Source of the DNA: Clostridia bacterium
GTDB lineage: Bacteria > Bacillota > Clostridia > Oscillospirales > CAG-272
Direction: 5' to 3'
NCBI GenBank assembly: GCA_017463445.1
Contig: JAFTPF010000137.1
Location: forward strand, 1-50,890
Length of the DNA: 50,890 nt
Every line of letters starts with the position of its first letter. The stretch's first letter is position 1. Below the pieces are notes generated by a model. It searched no databases, was not told where the DNA came from, and saw only the letters and a program-made list of their open reading frames with translations. Shown piece after piece: positions 35,343 to 44,262 of this stretch. A program made the translations under genes and the position numbers.

Positions 35343-36659
35343 TCAATAGGCAAGATTCAGCTGGTAGACGTCGTAATATGCCAGCAGCTGTAGAACGACG
35401 ACGATGCCTGCAGGCTGCATCACATCGTTGTCGTAGTAGTTCTTATCCCAGAAGTCGGTGCCTTTGGAGCAGAAGAAGGGATCGTACTGTCCGTTTGCAT
35501 CCTTAGTCAGCAGGGTCTGATCCATAACGTTTTTCAGCAACGTCATATAGGTGTTGGACTTCTTGGAGGTGTCGGTCTCCACATACTTTACCATACCGCG
35601 GGTCAGCCAGCCCACGCACCAGGATTTGTAGATAGGATTGCGCTTCATGGTCGCTACCATTTCCTCTCCTCTTCCCGAGGTGCTGAACATATGGGAAGCG
35701 ACAGCGGTAGCGGATCTGCGCGCCAGCTTCAGATACTCACTATCTTGGGTGATCTCGTACATCAGACAGCTGGCGTAGAGCATCGTGCCCTGGTCGTATG
35801 CGGGCTGCCAGGGATCGTTGACGCCTGCATAGTAAATGCCGCCCGACGTGCGCAGGTTGTCGTTGACCCAATCGTAGAGCAGTTTACCGCGCTCGAAGTA
35901 GATCTCCTCGCCGGTAAGCTGGTACATCCACAGGTGAGAGATCGCAGCGGGGCCGTTGGTACAGGTGCCCTTATTGCTCTTGCCGTTATCGTCAAACAGC
36001 TTGCTCCAGTAGATGCCGCCGCCCTGATAGTCGTCATAGCCGGTCCACAGGAACTTCAGGATCTCCTTCGCGCGGTTCAGGTAGTCCTCGTTGCCGAACT
36101 GCTCGTAGGCGGTCAGGTAACGGATGCAGATCCATGCGTTATCGTCGTAATAGAAGTCGCCGGAGGAGCCGCGCCAGGAATTGTAATAGGTAATTCCCGT
36201 ATGTCTGCCCGAAGGGGTGGTCAGAGTCACGTTAGAGACCTTGAAGATGTCAAAGCCGTTGTCCAGCATATCGATATAGCAGTTTCTGATGGTAGCGTTG
36301 TCGGGATACATCGTATAAGACTCCGACAGTGCCTCCACGAACGCAGTGGTAGGCCAAACGCAGGCAGGGTTGCCGGGGTTCGACAGACTTTCCTTCAAGC
36401 CGTGACTGCGCTTGTCGTAATACTTTTCGATTGTCTCCTCCATCAAGGTCTCGGCGGGAGCACCGTAGGGGTTGGATGCCAGAAGTGCGGCATACTCCTC
36501 GGGAGTGAGTTGCACTTCGGGGGCTTCGGTTTCGACATCAGGCGCCGTCGTAGTGACTGCCGCTGTAGTCACGGCAGCTTCGCCGCCGCAGGCGAGCAAT
36601 GTGGGAGCCGTCATTAGCACGGCAAGTGCCGCCGACATCAGTTTAAGCTGAAATTTCAT
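35343..36659 (-). CDS. GH76 family alpha-1,6-mannanase-like lipoprotein
   Basis: Lipobox LLAC; catalytic YYDDNAW, GGGIYW, KGTCTNGP, YDQG. Confidence 0.85.
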   Translation of the reverse strand: MKFQLKLMSAALAVLMTAPTLLACGGEAAVTTAAVTTTAPDVETEAPEVQLTPEEYAALLASNPYGAPAETLMEETIEKYYDKRSHGLKESLSNPGNPACVWPTTAFVEALSESYTMYPDNATIRNCYIDMLDNGFDIFKVSNVTLTTPSGRHTGITYYNSWRGSSGDFYYDDNAWICIRYLTAYEQFGNEDYLNRAKEILKFLWTGYDDYQGGGIYWSKLFDDNGKSNKGTCTNGPAAISHLWMYQLTGEEIYFERGKLLYDWVNDNLRTSGGIYYAGVNDPWQPAYDQGTMLYASCLMYEITQDSEYLKLARRSATAVASHMFSTSGRGEEMVATMKRNPIYKSWCVGWLTRGMVKYVETDTSKKSNTYMTLLKNVMDQTLLTKDANGQYDPFFCSKGTDFWDKNYYDNDVMQPAGIVVVLQLLAYYDVYQLNLAY

Positions 36660-36795
36660 CTTTTCCTCCATTTATATGTATGTAGTTTAATCATTTTAAC
36701 ACATTTTCCGCGTTCTGTCAACTGCTTATTTCCCAAATACACAGAAATAGGACCCGAGAAAAACTCGGGTCCTATTGAAATATTCTCGGTTTGCT

Positions 36796-38202
36796 TTAGC
36801 AAGCGGAGCTTCTCTTCTTGGAAACTACTGCAAAGCCTGCCAGTGCTACGATGGAAACTGCAACTGCAACCAGTGCTACGTCGCCGGTCTTGGGAGACTC
36901 GGGCTGCTCGGGCTGCTCGGTGGTACCGGGCTGCTCGGGCTGAGTAGCGGTGGGTACGGTGCCGTTGTAAGCAACAGCGCCGGTCTTTACTTCGTAGATG
37001 TCGGTCATGCCTGCATCATCGGAGTAGATCTCCAGCTCGCCCAGCTGGAACCAGTCATTCTGGTTTGCGGTCTGGGGACGGTCGATTCTGGAGGTGATCA
37101 CCATCTTGAAGGAGTTGTATGCTACGGTAGCGTCGATATCAATCGCATAAGGAGTAAAGTTAAAGTTCTGCATACCGGAATCTGCAACGTCCTTGATCAG
37201 CTCTTCTGCGCCGTCAGCGGTAACGCCGTACAGCTTGAATGCCTTGGGAGCACGGTTGTTCCAATTAGCATCGTCGCCGCCGGTGTAAAGAATCATCGTG
37301 TTGACCTTAACTGCATCAGCAGTCTTAAAGGTGATGATAACGGGATCGGTTTCGGTAGGAACACCGCCCTCAACCTTTTCAGAAGTACCGTCGATCAGGT
37401 TGGAGCCGGGCTTGTTATCACGGTTGATGGTAGCCTCGGTGATAGCGATCTTGGTACCGCTGATCTCGCTCTTTACATAGGTGTTGTACTCGTTGATGGT
37501 AGCGGATACCCAGTAATCCTTGTACTCACCCTCGGAGGTGACCTTCAGCTCCAGCAGGGACTGAGTGGTTACAAAATTGGTGGACTCGATGGTGTACATC
37601 TTGGTAACTTCGTCGTACTTGGTTACGGTGAAGGTGCCTTTCGAGCCGTGGTCGTCATGGCAGCTACCCTCGAAGGTAGTGCCGATTTCGAAGCCGGGAT
37701 CGGTGTTGAACACGATCTCTGCCTTAGCGGTCTTTGCCTTCGCATCGCCGGTTACCTTCGCATAAGAAGTACCCAGAATGTTGGTGTTAGAGGTAAAGGT
37801 CTGGGTATAGGTGTCTTCGCCGACAGTAAACTTAATGGTATTCTCGCCCGCTACTACATCAGCACCAACGATACCAAGCTGAAGGGACGCCTTAGGCAGA
37901 TTGTGATTAGAGTCATCGCGGAGCTGGCAGTGTCTATAACCCATGTAACCATTGTTCCAATATGCAACCTTGCCATTGACCTCAACCTTAATGTCAGAGA
38001 GATCCTCTGCATTTAGGGACTCGGTAAAGGTCAGGTCACCTTCAATAAAGCCGTGGCCGTCATTAACCACGGCAGAAGTACCGCCATACATAGGATTATC
38101 GGTCTGCAAAGTCAGTTCTGCCGCAGATACGCTCATTGCGGCGGGTACTACCATGGACGCTGCGAGAGCTGCGCACAGCAGTACTTTTGTGAATTTCTTC
38201 AT
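36796..38202 (-). CDS. Sortase-anchored surface protein with a galactose-binding-like domain
   Basis: Signal peptide; NLIDG..LYTGGDDA..RAPKAFKLYG..FQLGELEI; SPKTGD, TM helix and SKKRSSAC tail. Confidence 0.78.
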   Translation of the reverse strand: MKKFTKVLLCAALAASMVVPAAMSVSAAELTLQTDNPMYGGTSAVVNDGHGFIEGDLTFTESLNAEDLSDIKVEVNGKVAYWNNGYMGYRHCQLRDDSNHNLPKASLQLGIVGADVVAGENTIKFTVGEDTYTQTFTSNTNILGTSYAKVTGDAKAKTAKAEIVFNTDPGFEIGTTFEGSCHDDHGSKGTFTVTKYDEVTKMYTIESTNFVTTQSLLELKVTSEGEYKDYWVSATINEYNTYVKSEISGTKIAITEATINRDNKPGSNLIDGTSEKVEGGVPTETDPVIITFKTADAVKVNTMILYTGGDDANWNNRAPKAFKLYGVTADGAEELIKDVADSGMQNFNFTPYAIDIDATVAYNSFKMVITSRIDRPQTANQNDWFQLGELEIYSDDAGMTDIYEVKTGAVAYNGTVPTATQPEQPGTTEQPEQPESPKTGDVALVAVAVSIVALAGFAVVSKKRSSAC

Positions 38203-38378
38203 AAAAATTTCCTCCTTAAATCACTCCCCGCGCGCCTTGCGGCGGGTTCTTAGATTGTTAATTCGATTTTAACACACAATTTACAATTTGTCAATAGGTA
38301 AAACCGCAATTTTTGCACTAATTGTCGCAATTTTCGCAAAAAAGCAGAGCCGAAGCTCTGCTTTTTCGTTGATATGCT

Positions 38379-39926
38379 TTAGCAAGCGGTGCTTCTCTTC
38401 TTGGAGATCGCCGCCGTGATCGCCGCCATTGCCACTGCGGAGACTGCGATCATCACAGTCAGCGCATCGCCGGTCTTGGGAGACTCGGGCTGCTCAGTGG
38501 TGCCGGGCTGCTCAGTGGTACCGGGCTGCTCGGTGGTGCCGGGCTGCTCAGTGGTACCGGGCTGCTCAGTGGTGCCGGGCTGCTCAGTGGTGCCGGGCTG
38601 CTCGGGTTCGGGAATGGGAGCGTTCAGATTCTTGGTGTAATCGGTGCTCTCAGCATTTGCGCCTGCTACGGTAGCAGAAGGCAGTCTGCCGGTGTTACCT
38701 TCCAAAGTTGCTTCAACGCTCTGCCCCAGAGAAGTGTAGGAGCCGTCGCCAAATACTACCAGGATGGAAACCATCTCACCTGCGGTAAGAGTAGGATCAG
38801 AGCAAACGACCTTCATGTATCTGGTATTGCCGTTATCGTCGCCGATAGAGACTACGGCAGTCTCGTCCAGAACGCCATTCACATAAACCTTGTTTTCGGT
38901 GGATGCGACCTTGGCAGCCAGCATCTCTGCGTTCATACCCATGTAGGTGCCCGCGGTGACCGTATTCGCCGCAGCGTCAATTACCACCTTGCCGCTGGTC
39001 TGCTGGTCGTGACCTTCAACGATTCTGGTATCGTTGATCTTGGAGATCTCCTGACCCAGAACGGTAACCTTTGCGGTCTGCGTGCAGTTCTCATAGGTGG
39101 GAACGCCGTTGGTGTAACGAGCGTAGCTGCCTACCCATGCGGATGCAAGAATGTACTCGCCCACAACCTCGCCGTCGGAAGCACAGTCCTTGAAGGTTAC
39201 GTTGACCTGGTCGCCGGTGTTGTGGTGCATAATGCCGATAAAGCCGCCTGCACCGCGCTTGTCGGACCATTCGGAGTAGTTGGTAACCTTGCCGTTGAAG
39301 GTGCAGTTTTCGAAAATCTCAACGGCACCCTGGTTACGAATCAAACCGATAAAGCCGCCTACGCCGCGCTTTGCGCGAACGGTAGCGGAAGAGGTGCAGT
39401 TCTTGAAGGTTACAGTCTGACCCTCATTTACGCCCAGAATACCGCCTGCGCCGCTGGAGCCTTCGCTGTCGCTGTCAGCGGAAAGGTTGATCTTAGAGGT
39501 CACATTCTCGAAGGTGATGGGACCCTTTGCGGTTCCTACCACGCCGCCCAGAGAGTTACCTTTGCTGGTGATGGTACCCTCCACAGTCAGGTTCTTGATG
39601 GTACAGCCTTCGCCGCCTGCCTGTGCAAAGATACCGGTACGGTAGTTGGTATCGGTGAGGTTGATGGTAATGGTCTTGCCGTTACCGTCGAAGGTACCGG
39701 TGAAAACCTTGGATTCATCGACACTTGCGCCGTCAGCGTTCATACCTACTACGCTGGTAACGGTAATGTCATTCATCAGCTTGTAGTTTCCGCCGAGGTT
39801 ATCCACGATAGCCGCCAGCTGTTCGGCGGTGGTGATCTCGATAACGCCTTCATCAGCAAAAACGCCGAAGGACGCCATGGTGAGAAGCATCACACAGGCA
39901 AGTACGAAAGAGAGAAGTTTTTTCAT
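38379..39926 (-). CDS. Sortase-anchored surface protein with GLUG-like beta-helix repeats
   Basis: IEITTAEQL, FTGTFDGNGKTI, repeated GG(I/F/V)xG motifs; EQPGTT repeats; SPKTGD, TM helix and SKKRSTAC tail. Confidence 0.8.
   Translation of the reverse strand: MKKLLSFVLACVMLLTMASFGVFADEGVIEITTAEQLAAIVDNLGGNYKLMNDITVTSVVGMNADGASVDESKVFTGTFDGNGKTITINLTDTNYRTGIFAQAGGEGCTIKNLTVEGTITSKGNSLGGVVGTAKGPITFENVTSKINLSADSDSEGSSGAGGILGVNEGQTVTFKNCTSSATVRAKRGVGGFIGLIRNQGAVEIFENCTFNGKVTNYSEWSDKRGAGGFIGIMHHNTGDQVNVTFKDCASDGEVVGEYILASAWVGSYARYTNGVPTYENCTQTAKVTVLGQEISKINDTRIVEGHDQQTSGKVVIDAAANTVTAGTYMGMNAEMLAAKVASTENKVYVNGVLDETAVVSIGDDNGNTRYMKVVCSDPTLTAGEMVSILVVFGDGSYTSLGQSVEATLEGNTGRLPSATVAGANAESTDYTKNLNAPIPEPEQPGTTEQPGTTEQPGTTEQPGTTEQPGTTEQPGTTEQPESPKTGDALTVMIAVSAVAMAAITAAISKKRSTAC
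38486..38603 (-). repeat. 18-bp tandem repeat, about 6.5 copies (EQPGTT linker)
   Basis: CGGGCTGCTC(A/G)GTGGT(G/A)C repeated on the plus strand. Confidence 0.9.
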
Positions 39927-40170
39927 AATTATCCTCCTGATTTGTTTTCGGCCGTCTCTTAGCGACCGTATGCGCTTTTATTATAACATATCGTTCACAA
40001 TTTGTCAATTGCAAGAAGCGCAATTTTTTCAAAATCCACCTTTTACGCCGCCAAAATTTCGCGCCGTTTTTTGTACATTTTCTATAAGCAAATTCAATTT
40101 TCACCGACTTTTATCCAATTATTACGGACACCAACAGAACCGAGGCGATTGCCTCGGTTCCGGTGCTTTT

Positions 40171-40448
40171 TTAGCAAGCGGTGCTTCTCTTCTTGGAAAC
40201 GATCACGCCCATACCGATCAGAGCCAGAACAGCTGCAGTCGCAATCAGAACGGTCATATCGCCGGTCTTGGGAGGATCAACCTCGGCGCCGGTAGCGGGA
40301 ATGACCTTACCTGCCTCAACGGTCTCGCCGCAGTCCTTGCAGACCTTGTCGCCGGTGACGGTGATGGTCTTGCCGCTGAGACAGTTAGCGTCAACATTGG
40401 TGGTTGCCGCCAGCGCAATCATCAGAATGAATGCAATTGTTTTTTCAT
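40171..40448 (-). pseudogene. Internally deleted remnant of a sortase-anchored protein (signal peptide joined to the sorting end); -1 frameshift near the start
   Basis: GGAGG RBS; MKKTIAFILMIAL after adding one A; TGDKVCKDCG..IPATG; PPKTGD, TM helix and SKKRSTAC tail. Confidence 0.6.
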
Positions 40449-40667
40449 AAGTTTCTTCCTCCAAAACAAATCACAAAACAAATTTATTCATGTCGGGCAT
40501 TTTGTCAATACTTTAGACAAATATTTTCACAAATTCCTTGACATTTTTCAACAAATCCGCCACATTGCATTGATTGGAAAGACGCTGCGGGAAAACCGTC
40601 CACAGACTGCGGCATAGTCGCCCCGCACTTTGATATTTTGAAAAAAATTTCTCTTTTTCGCAATTTT

Positions 40668-40681
40668 CGAACATTTGTTCA
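40668..40681. promoter_or_regulatory. LexA (SOS) box
   Basis: CGAAC-ATTT-GTTCA matches the Firmicutes GAAC-N4-GTTC box, upstream of lexA. Confidence 0.8.
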
Positions 40682-40770
40682 TAATTTGGTTACAAATCTC
40701 TGTTAAACTATAAATAAGCTATCTATATCATAGCACCACTTCGCCGTTATGGCAGAGAAAGGATCTCACT

Positions 40771-41382
40771 ATGGAACCACTCACTTCCAAAGAAAAAGCA
40801 TTCTACGAGTATATCTCCGAAACGATCCACGCACAGGGCTATCCTCCCAGCGTGCGGGACATCCAACAGGCACTGGGCATCAAGTCCACCTCCACCGTTC
40901 ACGCCTATCTCCAGCGTCTGGAGGAAAAGGGCTACATCCGCAAGACCGATCGCAAGAGCCGCTCCCTGCGGGTCAGCGATCCCACTCCCGCCTCCAGCGA
41001 CATTGCTCATGTTCCGGTGGTGGGCACGGTCGCCGCCGGCATCCCCATCCTTGCCGCCGAGAACATTGAGGACTACGTGGATGTTCCCCTGACCCGCCGC
41101 TCGCTGAGAAGCAGCGATCTGTTCGCGCTCCGGGTCAAGGGCGAGAGTATGATCGGCGTGGGTATTATGGACGGCGACATCATCGTGGTCAAGAAAGAAA
41201 ACGTAGCACAGAACGGCGAGATCGTGGTAGCTCTGGTGGGCGATGAGGCCACCGTCAAGACCTACTACAAAGAAAACGGTCACTTCCGCCTCCAACCCGA
41301 GAATCCCACCATGGCCCCCATCATCGTGGAGGACGAGCTACTGATCCTGGGCAAGGTCGTCTCGGTTCACCGTTTCTATTAA
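40771..41382 (+). CDS. lexA: LexA repressor
   Basis: GYPPSVRDI, cleavage site VAAG|IP, catalytic Ser (GESM) and Lys (ATVK). Confidence 0.97.
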   Translation: MEPLTSKEKAFYEYISETIHAQGYPPSVRDIQQALGIKSTSTVHAYLQRLEEKGYIRKTDRKSRSLRVSDPTPASSDIAHVPVVGTVAAGIPILAAENIEDYVDVPLTRRSLRSSDLFALRVKGESMIGVGIMDGDIIVVKKENVAQNGEIVVALVGDEATVKTYYKENGHFRLQPENPTMAPIIVEDELLILGKVVSVHRFY

Positions 41383-41391
41383 GGAGCGCCC

Positions 41392-42255
41392 ATGAAGAAA
41401 AATACTCCCCCTGCCGCAAAATCCGCGGCGAATGCCAAAGGCGGCAGATCCGCAAAGACTTCGCCTCCCGCGACGCTGTCCGCGGCAGCCGTCAAAAAGC
41501 TGTCCCGGCTGACCCTGCTTCTGGCGCTGGTCGCTCCCCTGATCGACGCCGTGGTGATCTTCCCGCTACGGCAGATCATTCTTTCGAACCATGGCGCAGG
41601 AACGGTCTATCAGATCTTCTTCCAAGCAACCGAGCTCTTCAATCTTGCCGCTTTCTTCTTACTGCTGGCGCTGGCGGTCTACTGTGCCGTTGCAGATTCT
41701 ACTAAAACGCTGGGGCGCATTCTTGCGCTTCACGGTATCTCATCGGTATTCGTGGTGATCCTGCTGCGGTTGGCGGTCTACTATCTGCTGGCCTGGTTGG
41801 ATTCCACGCTGGTGCTCCCCTTCGAGCTGTGCAACGTGACGCTGAATACCCTGACCGCCGACAGCTCGGAGATGGTCTATACGGGGCTGTCCCTCTTCAT
41901 CAGCCAGGTGTTTTTGTTCGTCATCCTGCTGATCGCCTCGCTGTTCGCCTTGCGTCGCCGGCAGACAGCTTTGCGCGCCCGTCAGGATCTGTCTCCTTCG
42001 TCGCTGTATCAGAATTACGACGATACTCCCCTGCCCGTTGCGCTTCGATTGGGGCTGATCGCTTACGGCGTGCTGGCGTTTGTTAATTCCGTGCTGAATA
42101 CCGTAGGCACCGTCCTGCAGGCGGGTGCCCCCGACAGCTTCAACACGCTGCTGTCGCTGGTAGTTCCCTACTTCCTGCTGGCGATCTACTGTCTCCTCTG
42201 TTACCTGGTGCTGGATTACGGCACACGGTACATTGCAAGAGAGTGTGCGCAATAA
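41392..42255 (+). CDS. Hypothetical integral membrane protein, probably co-transcribed with lexA
   Basis: AAGGAG RBS overlapping the lexA stop, 9-bp gap; about 6 TM segments. Confidence 0.7.
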   Translation: MKKNTPPAAKSAANAKGGRSAKTSPPATLSAAAVKKLSRLTLLLALVAPLIDAVVIFPLRQIILSNHGAGTVYQIFFQATELFNLAAFFLLLALAVYCAVADSTKTLGRILALHGISSVFVVILLRLAVYYLLAWLDSTLVLPFELCNVTLNTLTADSSEMVYTGLSLFISQVFLFVILLIASLFALRRRQTALRARQDLSPSSLYQNYDDTPLPVALRLGLIAYGVLAFVNSVLNTVGTVLQAGAPDSFNTLLSLVVPYFLLAIYCLLCYLVLDYGTRYIARECAQ

Positions 42256-42345
42256 TTAGATTTGACTGAAATCGCCGCGTTTGCGGCGATTTTTCATTTG
42301 TGGGAGGTTGCCTGCCGAAGGGCAAACGGTATTCGATATTCGGCA

Positions 42346-42370
42346 CGGGAGGAGCAAGCCCCTCTCCTAC
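42346..42370 (-). repeat. GTAG-type REP-like palindrome
   Basis: Minus strand GTAGGAGAGGGGCTTGCTCCTCCCG: GTAG tetranucleotide followed by a GC-rich hairpin. Confidence 0.5.
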
Positions 42371-42517
42371 CCGGTGCGATAGAAAGGGAGAGGTTGTGGG
42401 TCGAGGGGCGATTTCCCTTCGTTTGTACGAAAATATTTCGCCGCGCAGTACAAACGGAAACAAAACTTTAACATTTGCGTGATACAATGAGATCATTATT
42501 GTAGGGAGGTTTTTCTT

Positions 42518-43189
42518 ATGTTCAAAATTCTGGTGTTGGAAGACGATGTGGATCTTAACCGCACCGTGTGCTCTTTTCTGAGTCACAGCGGTTACGAGGC
42601 CACAGGCTGTCTGAATGCCGCAGATGCCTACGACGCGATGTACGAGACCGTGTTCGATCTGATCGTTTCGGATATTATGATGCCCGACGTAGACGGCTTT
42701 GAATTCGTCCGCAACGTCCGCACACAGAGCGAGAATATCCCCATCCTCTTTATGACTGCCCGTGACGATTTTGCCTCCAAACAGAAGGGATATCGGGTGG
42801 GCGTAGACGATTATATGGTCAAGCCCGTGGATCTGGATGAGCTGTTTCTGCGGATCGGCGCGCTCCTCAGGCGGGCGAAGATCGCTTCCAGTCGCAAGCT
42901 GGAGGTGGGAGCCTTTGTCATGGATGCCGACGAGCATACCGCTTATCTTGACGGCGAGGAGATCGCCCTCACCAATCGGGAGTTCAGCCTACTCTACAAG
43001 CTGCTCTCCTACCCCAAGAAGACCTTCACCCGCACTCAACTGATGGATGAGTTCTGGGACGTGGATACCGCTTCGGGTCCCCGCACGGTGGACGTGTATA
43101 TGACCAAGCTTCGCAGTAAGCTTGCCGATTGCAAAGATTTCGAGATCGTTACCGTCCACGGACTGGGCTACAAGGCGGTGATCAAATGA
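42518..43189 (+). CDS. OmpR family response regulator
   Basis: VLEDD, SDIMMP, MTA, DDYMVKP, RTVDVYMTKLR, TVHGLGYK. Confidence 0.95.
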   Translation: MFKILVLEDDVDLNRTVCSFLSHSGYEATGCLNAADAYDAMYETVFDLIVSDIMMPDVDGFEFVRNVRTQSENIPILFMTARDDFASKQKGYRVGVDDYMVKPVDLDELFLRIGALLRRAKIASSRKLEVGAFVMDADEHTAYLDGEEIALTNREFSLLYKLLSYPKKTFTRTQLMDEFWDVDTASGPRTVDVYMTKLRSKLADCKDFEIVTVHGLGYKAVIK

Positions 43190-44262
43190 GCAGACCGCCT
43201 CGGTTTGCCGCTGTTATCCGTTCGGTAAATCGCTTTCTGGTCTTCTTTCTGCTGGTCGCCTTCGTCACCACCTGCTGTCTGATGCTCTTTATCACGGTCA
43301 TGTCTCAAACCATGGAGATCGATCTGACCTCGGACAACATCCAGGCGGCAGCAAAGCTCACCTTCGCCAACGTGATCCTGCTGAGTCTCGCCTGCGCTAC
43401 CGTCGACTCTATCAGACGGAAGCTTACCGTCACCCGACCCGCGCGGATCATCGTCCAGACTACCCAAAAGCTGATGAAGGGCGATTTCACCGCCCGTGTT
43501 CCCACCCTTGCCAAAATGGACGATGAGGACACCTTCAACCGCATCGGCAAGGGCATTAACCGCCTTGCCGAGGAGCTGTCGGGGGTGGAGACCCTGCGTA
43601 CCGATTTCGTTGCCAACGTCTCCCACGAGCTGAAGACACCGCTGGCGGTCATCGGCAATTACGCCGCTATGCTGCGGGAGCCGGGGCTCTCCGAGGAAAA
43701 GCGGATCGAATATTCGAAGGCGATCTCCGACACCTCCCGTCGGCTGGCAAATCTCATCACCAACATCCTCAAGCTGAACAAGCTGGAGAATCAGCAGATC
43801 TTCCCCGAAAACACCGTCTACGATCTGGGCGAGCAGCTTTGCGAATGTCTGCTCCAATTCGAGGGCGAGTGGGAGAAGAAGAACATCGAGATCGAAACCG
43901 ACATCGCCGAGGACGTGGAGGTCTGTGCGGATCGGGAGCTTTTGTCTCTGGTCTGGAACAATCTGCTATCCAACGCCTTTAAATTCACCGACGAGGGCGG
44001 CAGAGTCTCGGTGTGTCTTACCACCGACGATACCTTCGCCACGGTCAGCGTCACCGACACCGGCTGCGGTATGACTCCCGAGGTGGGCGCACACATTTTC
44101 GAAAAATTCTATCAGGGCGACACCTCTCACGCCACTCGCGGCAACGGCCTCGGTCTGGCGCTGGTCAAGCGGGTCGTGGATATTGTGGAAGGAGAGATCT
44201 CGGTGGAGAGCGTCAGCGGTAAAGGCTCTACCTTCACCGTTCGGATCAAAAAACGGCTATGA
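43186..44262 (+). CDS. Sensor histidine kinase (HAMP, HisKA, HATPase) with a very short extracellular loop
   Basis: ATGA overlap; H-box VSHELKTPL; NAFKFT; DTGCG; GNGLGL. Confidence 0.95.
   Translation: MSRPPRFAAVIRSVNRFLVFFLLVAFVTTCCLMLFITVMSQTMEIDLTSDNIQAAAKLTFANVILLSLACATVDSIRRKLTVTRPARIIVQTTQKLMKGDFTARVPTLAKMDDEDTFNRIGKGINRLAEELSGVETLRTDFVANVSHELKTPLAVIGNYAAMLREPGLSEEKRIEYSKAISDTSRRLANLITNILKLNKLENQQIFPENTVYDLGEQLCECLLQFEGEWEKKNIEIETDIAEDVEVCADRELLSLVWNNLLSNAFKFTDEGGRVSVCLTTDDTFATVSVTDTGCGMTPEVGAHIFEKFYQGDTSHATRGNGLGLALVKRVVDIVEGEISVESVSGKGSTFTVRIKKRL

Noticed and set aside
38486-38603. Possible CRISPR array
   Set aside because: Contiguous 18-bp in-frame coding repeats with no spacers and no cas genes.
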